DNA of 64,000 nucleotides from Dehalococcoidia bacterium (GTDB lineage Bacteria; Chloroflexota; Dehalococcoidia; Plut-88900): NCBI GenBank assembly GCA_965207225.1, contig CBDBLV010000005.1, positions 1,504,001 to 1,568,000 of the forward strand, read 5' to 3'. Shown piece by piece: positions 20,950 to 29,978 of this stretch (position 1 is its first letter; each line of letters starts with the position of its first letter). The notes under the pieces were generated by a model. It saw only the letters and a program-made list of their open reading frames with translations, ran no database searches and was not told where the DNA came from. The position numbers and the translations under genes were made by a program.

Positions 20950-22965
20950 TTATTCCCCCTCCGTCGATAGCTCCGGTAGCTGCCCCTGCATTTCTCCGAC
21001 CACCTTGAGAAAGTCTTCATGGCGTCGGCTAGTGGATTCCAATAGGTCGTGCCATGTCTTATGAGAAATGTCTGGGTCAGTGCGAATACTGTTGGCTCTG
21101 AGTGCGTCTACATTCAATGAGTCACAGACTATCGTCAGCTGAGCTGTCGGAAATGACGCCCTCACCGCAGCTGTCTCGCTGATGAACTGTCTCACCGCTG
21201 TCAGATATCCAAATGCCCTATCAAATTCCTCGTCCGTCAGCGAGTGCTGGGGCCGTTTGATTTCTACGACTTCCAGTCTGCCCTCATGGTTGAGCATCAC
21301 AAAATCAGGTTGCTTGCTTGGATTGTCGATGGTTGAGGTGACTATCTCTTTACCATACTCGGCCAGATACCAAGACTGGAAGTTAGTTCGGGTTGATACC
21401 AGAGACTGATTGAAGCTCAACGGCGTCCAGTCGGGATGGAGTATCCAGGGTGCGGTCTCTATGAGCTTCTGCAACTGTTTCTCAACGGTGGAAGGACTGG
21501 ATACTAGCCGCCGCAGTTGCTCAACTGCTCCGACCCTCTCTTGGGCGACTTGGCCAAGAGAATACATCTCGACCAATCTGGCTCTCTCGAACAGGTCGAG
21601 AATCACATCAGTAGCTCCGTCCGCTTGGGAGGCTACTTCATCCAAAGTGGTTAGCAGCGTTGTGTGAGGGCCTATGGCATAGGCTAACCGCACCATGCGA
21701 TCTCTGTAGTTGGAATTCTTGATGGCGTCCCTATCCGCCCGCGCTACTAGTGACCTTGCGGCCCTAAGTACCGACTCTCGTATAGCCCTATCCGTCGGAT
21801 GTGCTGCCCTGAGGCGCTCGTCCAACCTAGACTCTTCAAGAAATAGGTCCCAGGCACGCTGACCTGTACTTGCTTCCGCCTTAGCAGCAAGCTCCTTGAG
21901 GAGGTCTCTCCCCCACTCACGCAACGGAGTTCCGAGGTCAGAGTTCCAGATGATGTCCTGCCTGTCAGTTCGGATGAAATCTTCATCTTCGTCTAGCCAC
22001 TCAGCGTGGATGGCTCCCGTCAGATAGCTTCTCATCTTGAACTCGCCGGTGAAGCCGGTCTTGATGTCGAAGTCTCTAGTCTGAGCGACTATCTTTCCTC
22101 TAGCGTAGAGGCGGACCCCAGCCATCACCTCGTCCTTGTAAGGGTCTTTCGCGTAGCCAACCCATCCAGATACAGGCAGGAATTGGCCGTCGACTTTGAC
22201 CGGCCTGTCGTCTACTTCGATGCGGGTGCCAGGCATGGTGTCCACGTTTAGAGTGCCAAGGTCGATTGGATCCTCTTCTCCGGTAGTGTCCTCCAACCGG
22301 ACACTCCAGTTAGTTTGGCTCAGTCCAAACCTAGCGGCCAGCTGGCGATCTAGCTCTTCTCTCGTAGGAACACGTCGACGGTCGAAGCGTCTCAGAATCA
22401 GCTTTGTGCCGGTAGAGTCGTCGTGGGTCCCGTCTCGCGCACCCGGGGTCGGGTGATAGGGCAGTACATTCCCAAGTTGGTCAGTCTTCTCGTTCAGAAT
22501 CTCGTCCAGATCAAGAATCAGGTCGGAGACTGCGTAGCCATGTCCAGTCTTGGCTCCTCCCGCAGTTATGACTTCAACCTCGTGGCAGATGCCGAAGGGC
22601 GCTAGCTTGCCAATGCCCTTTCTGCCCATGACCCGGCGTTTGTGCTTGGGCGTTCGATCACTCCGAGTATTCCTCCGGTTGTACCCAACGTTCAGGTAAA
22701 ACTCGTTTACTTCGTGTGCAGTCATCCCGCTGCCGTTGTCTTCGATTACAATTTCGAAGCCTTGATCTTCGATACGTCCTTGGACCTTCCGGGCTAGGTA
22801 CTGACCAAAGGGCAACGTAATTCTGACTTGCTCGGCATCCGCGTCGTAGGCGTTCGCTATCAATTCTGCTAGGACGGCAGACACTCTGTCGTACATCTGA
22901 ATGCCCAGCTTGTCGATGGTAAGCCGGGAAATCTTCATGGTGTATTTATTGGACGTTTGCAGCAT
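20950..22965 (-). CDS. GHKL/MORC-type ATPase with C-terminal PD-(D/E)xK nuclease (putative restriction subunit)
   Basis: 'ELIANAYDADA', 'DNGSGM', 'GRKGIGKLA'; C-terminal 'PDFVM...VVEIKRP'. Confidence 0.85.
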   Translation of the reverse strand: MLQTSNKYTMKISRLTIDKLGIQMYDRVSAVLAELIANAYDADAEQVRITLPFGQYLARKVQGRIEDQGFEIVIEDNGSGMTAHEVNEFYLNVGYNRRNTRSDRTPKHKRRVMGRKGIGKLAPFGICHEVEVITAGGAKTGHGYAVSDLILDLDEILNEKTDQLGNVLPYHPTPGARDGTHDDSTGTKLILRRFDRRRVPTREELDRQLAARFGLSQTNWSVRLEDTTGEEDPIDLGTLNVDTMPGTRIEVDDRPVKVDGQFLPVSGWVGYAKDPYKDEVMAGVRLYARGKIVAQTRDFDIKTGFTGEFKMRSYLTGAIHAEWLDEDEDFIRTDRQDIIWNSDLGTPLREWGRDLLKELAAKAEASTGQRAWDLFLEESRLDERLRAAHPTDRAIRESVLRAARSLVARADRDAIKNSNYRDRMVRLAYAIGPHTTLLTTLDEVASQADGATDVILDLFERARLVEMYSLGQVAQERVGAVEQLRRLVSSPSTVEKQLQKLIETAPWILHPDWTPLSFNQSLVSTRTNFQSWYLAEYGKEIVTSTIDNPSKQPDFVMLNHEGRLEVVEIKRPQHSLTDEEFDRAFGYLTAVRQFISETAAVRASFPTAQLTIVCDSLNVDALRANSIRTDPDISHKTWHDLLESTSRRHEDFLKVVGEMQGQLPELSTEGE

Positions 22966-23578
22966 GACGACTCTCCCAATCTGTGGTGTTCACAAGGCTG
23001 AGTCCAATCTCTGCCCCATGCAATTGAACTGTCCTCGCTCCCATCTCCGCCAGATTCTCGTTCGCTGCACTGTCCAGCGTGAGCAGAGGCTTACCCGAGT
23101 CAGCGAGCTTGCGGGCAAAGACTTCAGTCTTACTGCCGGGTGCTGCGTGAGCGATGAAAACTCGCTGCGCGAGGTCGGCCACCAAGTCATTACGTTGGGC
23201 GGCGAGCTCAGCGGTCGGACGGCGTACCGTGGTCGGGAAGGGCGACAGGACCAGAAGGCGGCCACCGTCCAGGGCGGGGCGCCAGTCGCGAGGGATGCGC
23301 ATGTTGTGGATGCCGCGGGCTGGGCAGACGACCACCGGCTGACTTCCTCGGACCAGCAGACGCAGACACTCGCGCTCCATTGGCGTCTGGAAGCCACCGA
23401 TTACGGGAACGCGGGCATCGCGCATGGCCCTGGCAAGGTCGTAGGTCTTCAGGATGAGGTCGCCGGGACAGCGATTGGAGCAGAACAGAGCCGTAAGCGG
23501 CTCGTCGAGCAGACTTAGATTGCCCTTCGACTTGACTTCCGGTAGTAGTTCCACGTTCACCATGCCACGCCCGTCCAC
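22946..23578 (-). CDS. DprA/SMF-like SLOG domain protein
   Basis: 'ALFCS..CPGDLILKTYDLA...VIGGFQTPME...AAQRNDLVADLA..VFIAHAAPGSKT'. Confidence 0.8.
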   Translation of the reverse strand: MDGRGMVNVELLPEVKSKGNLSLLDEPLTALFCSNRCPGDLILKTYDLARAMRDARVPVIGGFQTPMERECLRLLVRGSQPVVVCPARGIHNMRIPRDWRPALDGGRLLVLSPFPTTVRRPTAELAAQRNDLVADLAQRVFIAHAAPGSKTEVFARKLADSGKPLLTLDSAANENLAEMGARTVQLHGAEIGLSLVNTTDWESRHAANVQ

Positions 23579-23579
23579 T

Positions 23580-24419
23580 TTAGTCCCCTATGCAGAACAG
23601 GGCGTTGAACGCTGCCCTGGTCTTGCAAGAATTGACCTTGCCTCGCATCTGTCCAAAATACGTTGAGGCCCGCTTGCGAGGTCCAGAGTCTGCCGGGCCA
23701 AGAGATTCGTCCACGTATCTCGACTGCCCCGTGGAATCTTTGATCGGACTCTTCACCGCATCCATCGAGTGCCCCAATAGGTGAATGAGCATGTTCTTAG
23801 GGTCGAGGGGTCCTTGATAGCTATTGAACGCGTCAATTGCCAAGGACTCCATGTGGTAGCCACTGATCTTTCTGCTGGGACGGCTGATGAAGCAGTCCGC
23901 CATCGCCTTGGTAAGTTTGATTACCGGAACTACTCTGCCGCTTCTCGCCGTGTTGACTTCGGCGAGCTTCCTGGCAAAGTCATCAGGCCGCGCCACGTTA
24001 CTCCACTGATTGCTCCCCGGGTTGGCTATCCGAACGCCGCCACTATTGGTCCTTATGGCAGGCAGTATCTGTATCTCGGTCCCGTCAGAGTAGCTGACCG
24101 TGACCGCTAGATTGCCTCCGCTTACGGTATTCTGCCGGAGCCGATCCTGGATGGTCTCCCGCACGTGCTCAATGGCCCTTGCAGGGGACTGGTTTACAAG
24201 CGAAGACTGGTTCACTATGAGCAGAGCGTCGACATCGCTGAGGCCAGTCACGTAAGTGCCCTTCCGCACCGAACCGCCGAACATGGTCTGCACGACATCG
24301 CCCTTCTGCCTGAGGAACCCACACAAGCTTTCCAGACGCTGAGTGACGGTCTGTGTGTTCCTGCGGGCGTACTGTGCGAGTAACGCCTCAGAGTACTCGT
24401 TGAATCTATCGTCTGGCAC
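23580..24419 (-). CDS. SMODS/CD-NTase-like nucleotidyltransferase
   Basis: Pol-beta motif 'FGGSV.KGT...LSDVDALL', then 'IQILPAI', 'VVPVIKLTK', 'SGYHMESL', 'IKDSTG'. Confidence 0.75.
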   Translation of the reverse strand: MPDDRFNEYSEALLAQYARRNTQTVTQRLESLCGFLRQKGDVVQTMFGGSVRKGTYVTGLSDVDALLIVNQSSLVNQSPARAIEHVRETIQDRLRQNTVSGGNLAVTVSYSDGTEIQILPAIRTNSGGVRIANPGSNQWSNVARPDDFARKLAEVNTARSGRVVPVIKLTKAMADCFISRPSRKISGYHMESLAIDAFNSYQGPLDPKNMLIHLLGHSMDAVKSPIKDSTGQSRYVDESLGPADSGPRKRASTYFGQMRGKVNSCKTRAAFNALFCIGD

Positions 24420-24422
24420 AGG

Positions 24423-24872
24423 TCACGCCTCCGTCTCGACCAGATCGTCCAAGACAACGACGGGCAAGTCGTCGACACGGCGAAAGTCGGTGTCGTTGGT
24501 GATGAAGGCGGTGCAGCCGGAGCGCAGAGCTGTCGCCGCATGAAGCGCGTCAGGGGTCTTCAACCCCGTATCGGCGCGGATGCGTGCCGCGTCCTCCCAC
24601 AGTTCGCGCGTGGCTGGGATTAGGCTAACCTCGTGCGCATCGAACATCGATCGGAGCAGCATCTCGACAACTTCGTCGCCCTCTCGTAACGGCTTGACGA
24701 GCGTTTCCAATACCGTGATGTCACTGCTCGCAACATCGAACTCACCGGCCCGGGCCTGCTGCCACATGGGTTCGAGCAACGTGCGGTACGGCTCAACACG
24801 CTCCACGCTGTATATGAAGCCATTGGCGTCGAGGTAGACGGGGCCGTGCGTAGGTAGGGTCAGCGGTCCCAC
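24423..24872 (-). CDS. vapC: PIN-domain VapC-type toxin
   Basis: 'VYLDAN..IY', 'E.LVKP', 'LKTPDALHAATA', 'FITND'. Confidence 0.9.
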   Translation of the reverse strand: MGPLTLPTHGPVYLDANGFIYSVERVEPYRTLLEPMWQQARAGEFDVASSDITVLETLVKPLREGDEVVEMLLRSMFDAHEVSLIPATRELWEDAARIRADTGLKTPDALHAATALRSGCTAFITNDTDFRRVDDLPVVVLDDLVETEA

Positions 24873-25093
24873 GATGCTCTCTCTTCCTTGATGTAGTCGT
24901 CCACTTCCTTCGCAGTCTTGAAGAGGCGATGCCCCGGCGCCTCAGCCAGAATGTCAACGACGGATCGCCGCTCGGTAGACGAGGAGCGCGTCACCACCAC
25001 GTCGACCGACTGCCCAGCCTCCAGTTCCGGGCTGGCAACCTCCACCCTGCCCCCTGGTTGTACCGTCGTCCTGATGTGTAGTGCCTTTTGCAT
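24860..25093 (-). CDS. Putative antitoxin
   Basis: 77 aa, overlaps PIN gene start; ends 'EVDDYIKEERASWDR'. Confidence 0.75.
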   Translation of the reverse strand: MQKALHIRTTVQPGGRVEVASPELEAGQSVDVVVTRSSSTERRSVVDILAEAPGHRLFKTAKEVDDYIKEERASWDR

Positions 25094-25095
25094 GG

Positions 25096-26628
25096 CTAAA
25101 CCTCCTTTATGCCATTTGTGCGGCCACCTTTTCGTCCGTGCTGTCGCATCACAGCTTGTGTGGCTTCTTCAAGACCCGGAAATAGAGTTTCTCTTGTCAT
25201 ATTGAGCAACTGCAATTCCTGTAGAATACTCTTTTTGCACTGGGCCGGTATCTTAAATCTGTAGTGTTCATACATTGGAATGTCAGGAGTCCATGCCAGA
25301 ACGTGGGACGGCTCAAAACGTTCATGGAAGGCCGAAACAAGAAAAGCTGCTGATTGGGCCCTTACACGCTCAAGAGACTGTTCCGGTTCCACAATAAACA
25401 CCCTATACAAGTCCCGTGGTTCTATTCTTTCCTTGAAATGCGGCTTCTCTCGGCCAATGTTGTGATAGAGGCGTGTCAACGCCCCGTAGAATTTGCTGTG
25501 GAGGTCTCCTGTGGGAGGCTCTCGCCCCACAATCTCCATCTCGGCCTTAATGGTTTGATCGCGTTTGCCTAAGAGTGTTTTTTGCTCGAACAAGGGAAGC
25601 TTGGCAAAGTTAGTGATGACGCTAACGGAGTCACTGTCAAAGGACTTCACTAATTCTCTGGGCACCACGAAAACGTGAAGCACTCCGTCCTCATCAGTAA
25701 AGCTGTCTTGACTCGGAGAGTCGTCACAAGCTGAGAATAGGCCAACGAGGGGATTGCGAGACACATCGAGCAATCGAGTTTTGAGTCCATAATGCTGGGC
25801 GAGTACCCATTCAGACAGAGCTGACCTCAGATGACTGAACTCTTCGGGTCTGCGCGACATGAGATCAAGCAACATCTCTCCTTCTCTACCACGGACATCG
25901 AGCTGATGGTCTGAAGGGGGCCTAGTCAATGCTGGTCTTAGATCCCATGTACCAAGCGCCTCTCCACGAAAGTAGAGTAGAGGCATGTCAATATCTGATT
26001 CAGTAACTGAAGCAGTGTAGTGCCTTACGACGGAGTCCACTATCTCTGTCAGTTCACCAACCTTTGTTACACTATCAGCCAATTGCGAGGTAACTGTGGC
26101 ATTGTGCTTGGAATGTTGATAAAAGGAAGCCTTCCAAAGCTCCGCACCTGTCACGTTGGCGTCGACAAGGGAAGCGTCTCTCAAGTCGGCATTGTTGAAG
26201 TTTGCATTGACAAGATTGGCGCCATGGAAATTGGCTTTACCCAAGAAGGCATCATCCAAACAAGCCGCACTAAGATTAGCGCGGTCGAAAGTGGCTCCGC
26301 CAGCCCTTGCTCCTTTGAGATTCGCTACCCCGAGAAAAGCGTCCATGAAATTGGCAAGTGAAAGTTGTGCCCCACGAAGATCGGTGTAGAAAAGGCTGGC
26401 TCCTTGTAGGTTGGCGTCCGCAAGGTCAGCGTTCGCAAGATTGAGGCTGTCCAGGTTGGAGTTCCGGAGATACGCCTGCCGCAGGTTAATGCCTTCCAGC
26501 GAGGTGCCACGACATATCTCTCTAAGGTCGACACCATCAAGCTGGGGACGGAAATCGCTTTCTGCGTGCCTTGCGTTCCAAGCCGTGACGCCTTCAAGTA
26601 GCCAAGTAATGTGCTGTGAGTTGGCCAT
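25096..26628 (-). CDS. Pentapeptide-repeat plus FRG-domain protein
   Basis: A(D/N)Lxx repeats; 'YFRGE', 'LAQHYGLKTRLLDVSRNPLVGLF', 'RVRAQSAAF', 'ETLFPGLE'. Confidence 0.9.
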   Translation of the reverse strand: MANSQHITWLLEGVTAWNARHAESDFRPQLDGVDLREICRGTSLEGINLRQAYLRNSNLDSLNLANADLADANLQGASLFYTDLRGAQLSLANFMDAFLGVANLKGARAGGATFDRANLSAACLDDAFLGKANFHGANLVNANFNNADLRDASLVDANVTGAELWKASFYQHSKHNATVTSQLADSVTKVGELTEIVDSVVRHYTASVTESDIDMPLLYFRGEALGTWDLRPALTRPPSDHQLDVRGREGEMLLDLMSRRPEEFSHLRSALSEWVLAQHYGLKTRLLDVSRNPLVGLFSACDDSPSQDSFTDEDGVLHVFVVPRELVKSFDSDSVSVITNFAKLPLFEQKTLLGKRDQTIKAEMEIVGREPPTGDLHSKFYGALTRLYHNIGREKPHFKERIEPRDLYRVFIVEPEQSLERVRAQSAAFLVSAFHERFEPSHVLAWTPDIPMYEHYRFKIPAQCKKSILQELQLLNMTRETLFPGLEEATQAVMRQHGRKGGRTNGIKEV

Positions 26629-26639
26629 CGGTTCCTATT

Positions 26640-29600
26640 TCACACCTTCCGCCCCATGCGGTACTTGATGTCGTAGTTGATGATAAAGTCCAGCTCCTCC
26701 TCCGTGAGGCCGTAGTGCCGCGCCAGCACGCGGTCGATTTCGTCGATTATCGCCTTGCTCAACCGTGGGTAAGTGGACTGAATTGTCAGACTTCCCCTGT
26801 TGCGGTAATTGATGGTTGCCATCTCCGAGTGGTTCTGTATGTCATCCATAAGTTCTTCGGCGATGTTTGCCAATCGTCGAACCCCATCACCGTCATCAAG
26901 ACTCAACCGCGTCATCTCGATTTCCCGCTTGTTCAGATTTCTGCAATCAGAAAACAAGGTGATCAGCCAATAGAAGAGAGTCGAATTAAGAAACGCCAGC
27001 ACAGCGCCTCTGCTGACCTGACTGTCAAATCTGAGCTCCTTTAGTTCAGAGGGCTTCCTCAGCTTGCCAGCCTCGTCATAGATTGTTGGAACGAAGTCTA
27101 GAATCTGCACGAAGTTGCTCAACTTCCTCGTATAGAAGATTGATTCTTGCCCGGACCTGCTCGCAGGTGCTAGAGGCTTACGATGGAACTTCCGAAGTAT
27201 CGACATCTCGATAGGATCCCCAAACTTAGGCAGAAGACCATTGGAATCAGTTCCAGTGGACTCGATGAAAGTCAGCCTTTGGAACAGTGTGTCTCTTTCC
27301 GTGGCTTGCCACTTGTTGTAGGCGGTTGAGAACACCCTTCTTGCGCTGGAGCCGACGTTTAGGAGATAAATTGAAAGTCGGCAGTGCTCAATCCCGTCAA
27401 AGAGTCTGCTGGGTCTGTCATTGAAGTGACTTACAACCATACCGCCAGCACTCGCGAGACAGCTTCTCAGAGGAGCGAATCCATCGGTGCATGCGCCAGA
27501 CACCGGGACAATCATGCCAAATCGGCCATTGCTCAGGATTGTGAGTGACCGTTCCATCATCATTGCGTACAAGTTGCCGCACTCTTCGGTCACCATGCCA
27601 CGAACCGAATACAAACCCTTGATCTTGGTGTACTCCACGTATGGTGGGTTACCAATCACCACGTCAAAGCCGCCCTTGCCCATGATCCCGTAGAATTCGA
27701 CGAACCAGTGGAAGGGCTGATGGCTGGCGCGCCAAGCGCCGTAGGTAGCGGGCTTGTTAGGGTCGATGCCGTACTCTCGAGCTAGGTGGCGATCCAGTTC
27801 GTCGTCGAGGCTGCGGAGGCGGTTGCGGAGGGCCTGCTTGTCGGCGGAAGTTACCTCTCCACCCAGCATGGTCTGCTGCCAACGGAACTGGTTGAAGGCG
27901 GCGCTCGCGGTCTCGGCTTCCTCATTGATTCGGTCGAGGGCCGCCTGGTCTTCGGGGAACACCTGCCGGTGCTGGCCGTTGGGCATGACCGTCATGGCCT
28001 GCCGCACAGCGTCCAGTGACGTGAAGCCGACCAGCGTGTTGCCGGCGCGGACATTGAAGTCGATGTCCGGCAGCGGCTCGATTTGGTCGTAACTCTCCAA
28101 CTGAGCGACCAACTTCAGGAAGAGACGCAGCTTGCATATCTCTACGGCCTCTTCCATGATGTCGACGCCGTAGAGGTTGTTCAGGACGATGGACTTGAGG
28201 ATGAAGTATCGCTCGCTTGGGTGCTTTTCTACCTGCTCCAGGATGCGGCGAAAATCCCCTAGGTGCTCAGGACTGCGCTTGCGCTCAGATCTTTCGGCGT
28301 CGTCCAAGAATCCCCGCATTCCCTCCAGGCAGGCGGTATAGAGGGGTTCAAGGACGTTCAGCGCGGCGAAGAGGAACGCGCCGGAGCCGCAGGCGGGGTC
28401 CAGGACAGAGATTCCGGTGTCACTGCGTTCGCGGTTGCCATAGAGAGCGTGCCAGAATGCCCGCAGCAATTCGGGTCCCTCGCTCTGCGCGATTACATCT
28501 CCGACGAACCTCTCGACGTCAAGGTTGAGTGTGATGAGGTCGTCTACATCCTGCACTTCCCCCGATGCGAGCTTGGCGCGGACCTCTTCAAATCGAGTGC
28601 GGCGGGTTACAACCTCCCGCCATGTCTCGGTGGCGAGAGCGTAGTCGTCCGGCGCAGGGGCGTTCCAGCCTCCGCGTTTGGGCACGTCGTCTATGCCCGC
28701 GGCGATATAGTCTGACAAGTCAAGTGGCGCTTCAAGGCGCTTGGGGTCTTCCGGCTGTCCGGCGTTCCATGCGATGCCGTGGCCGACGGCAGGATAGATG
28801 TATCGGTCCGGGTTGTCCCGAAGCAAGCGCCAGACACCGCCATCCGGCCCAAAGGCCACGGGACACTCCTTCTTGGCGGCATCGAACAAGAAGGGGATTA
28901 CCGTGTTTCGTGAGATGTAGCCGGTAATGTCCTCCCTGGTGTAGTAGGCTCCCATCTGCTTCTGGTTGACGTACTTCTCGAAGATGTAGCCGAGCACGTC
29001 GGGGTTAATCTCGTTGTCCTCCCGGTAGGGCCGCTCGTCAAGGTGCCAGCGGTAGCCGTCGAAGAAGTTGAAGACCCGCTCGAATGCGGTGTCAGGTATG
29101 GAAATGTCGGGGTTGTCACGTTCCAGATCGTGTACGTCGAAGAGGCCACCATTGAGGAAGGGCACCCTGCCAAGTAGGGCAGCCAGTTCGGGCGCACGCT
29201 GGGCTTCGGGCTGACCAAGACCCTCGTGGAACAGTCGCAGGAGGAAGAGGCGGTAGAACTGCTGGAAACGCCCGCCGCCGCTCTGTTCCTGCACCATCTT
29301 CAAGCGGTTGCGCAGGTAGTTTAGGTCTTCGTCGAGGAAGCCCTGCTTCTGGACGAAGTAGACGAACATCATGCGATTGAGCATGAGGGAGGCGTACCAG
29401 TCGCGGTCGCCCTGGGCCGTGATGCCCTCGATGAAGTTCCCGAATGACTTCAACTCCTTCTGGAACCGTTCGTAGAAACGCTTGGTAATCTTCTCGACGT
29501 CTAATGCTGCCCGAACCCGTGAGGCGATAAGGGCGATATTTAGCGTCGGCTCTTCATCCAGGGAGACGAACAAAGGCTGAAGGCGTTGGAGTAGGTGGTC

Positions 29601-29978
29601 TCCGCTTGCGCCCGTAGTAACGGCGTACTCGCGGCAGGCCGCAGGCTTACCGCTTTCTCGCCTGACCCACTGCCAGACCTGCGCCTTACGGCCCGGGTCG
29701 GTGAAGATGATGAGGTGCTCGAAGGTGCGCTTGGCAACTTCGCTCTCGATCTTGCGTCGGACCGGGTACTGGGGGACGTTGTTGTCGACGCTGGAATCGC
29801 ACTCGTAAACAGCGAACCCCGTCTTCTCCGCAATTGGATTGAGCGTGTAGTCCCGCTCGTTGACTCGGACGACGAACGGCTCAGTGGGGTAGTGATCCCA
29901 CCCCAGCCCTTCGATGAAGAGACGCGGAAAGTCGAAAGCCTGTAGGTGGGGTCGTAGTTCTTCAATCGAGACTGGCAT
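26640..29978 (-). CDS. Eco57I-like N6-adenine DNA methyltransferase (Type IIG-like)
   Basis: 'GAYYT', 'VLDPACGSGAF', 'NLYGVDI', 'FDVVIGNPPY'. Confidence 0.9.
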   Translation of the reverse strand: MPVSIEELRPHLQAFDFPRLFIEGLGWDHYPTEPFVVRVNERDYTLNPIAEKTGFAVYECDSSVDNNVPQYPVRRKIESEVAKRTFEHLIIFTDPGRKAQVWQWVRRESGKPAACREYAVTTGASGDHLLQRLQPLFVSLDEEPTLNIALIASRVRAALDVEKITKRFYERFQKELKSFGNFIEGITAQGDRDWYASLMLNRMMFVYFVQKQGFLDEDLNYLRNRLKMVQEQSGGGRFQQFYRLFLLRLFHEGLGQPEAQRAPELAALLGRVPFLNGGLFDVHDLERDNPDISIPDTAFERVFNFFDGYRWHLDERPYREDNEINPDVLGYIFEKYVNQKQMGAYYTREDITGYISRNTVIPFLFDAAKKECPVAFGPDGGVWRLLRDNPDRYIYPAVGHGIAWNAGQPEDPKRLEAPLDLSDYIAAGIDDVPKRGGWNAPAPDDYALATETWREVVTRRTRFEEVRAKLASGEVQDVDDLITLNLDVERFVGDVIAQSEGPELLRAFWHALYGNRERSDTGISVLDPACGSGAFLFAALNVLEPLYTACLEGMRGFLDDAERSERKRSPEHLGDFRRILEQVEKHPSERYFILKSIVLNNLYGVDIMEEAVEICKLRLFLKLVAQLESYDQIEPLPDIDFNVRAGNTLVGFTSLDAVRQAMTVMPNGQHRQVFPEDQAALDRINEEAETASAAFNQFRWQQTMLGGEVTSADKQALRNRLRSLDDELDRHLAREYGIDPNKPATYGAWRASHQPFHWFVEFYGIMGKGGFDVVIGNPPYVEYTKIKGLYSVRGMVTEECGNLYAMMMERSLTILSNGRFGMIVPVSGACTDGFAPLRSCLASAGGMVVSHFNDRPSRLFDGIEHCRLSIYLLNVGSSARRVFSTAYNKWQATERDTLFQRLTFIESTGTDSNGLLPKFGDPIEMSILRKFHRKPLAPASRSGQESIFYTRKLSNFVQILDFVPTIYDEAGKLRKPSELKELRFDSQVSRGAVLAFLNSTLFYWLITLFSDCRNLNKREIEMTRLSLDDGDGVRRLANIAEELMDDIQNHSEMATINYRNRGSLTIQSTYPRLSKAIIDEIDRVLARHYGLTEEELDFIINYDIKYRMGRKV

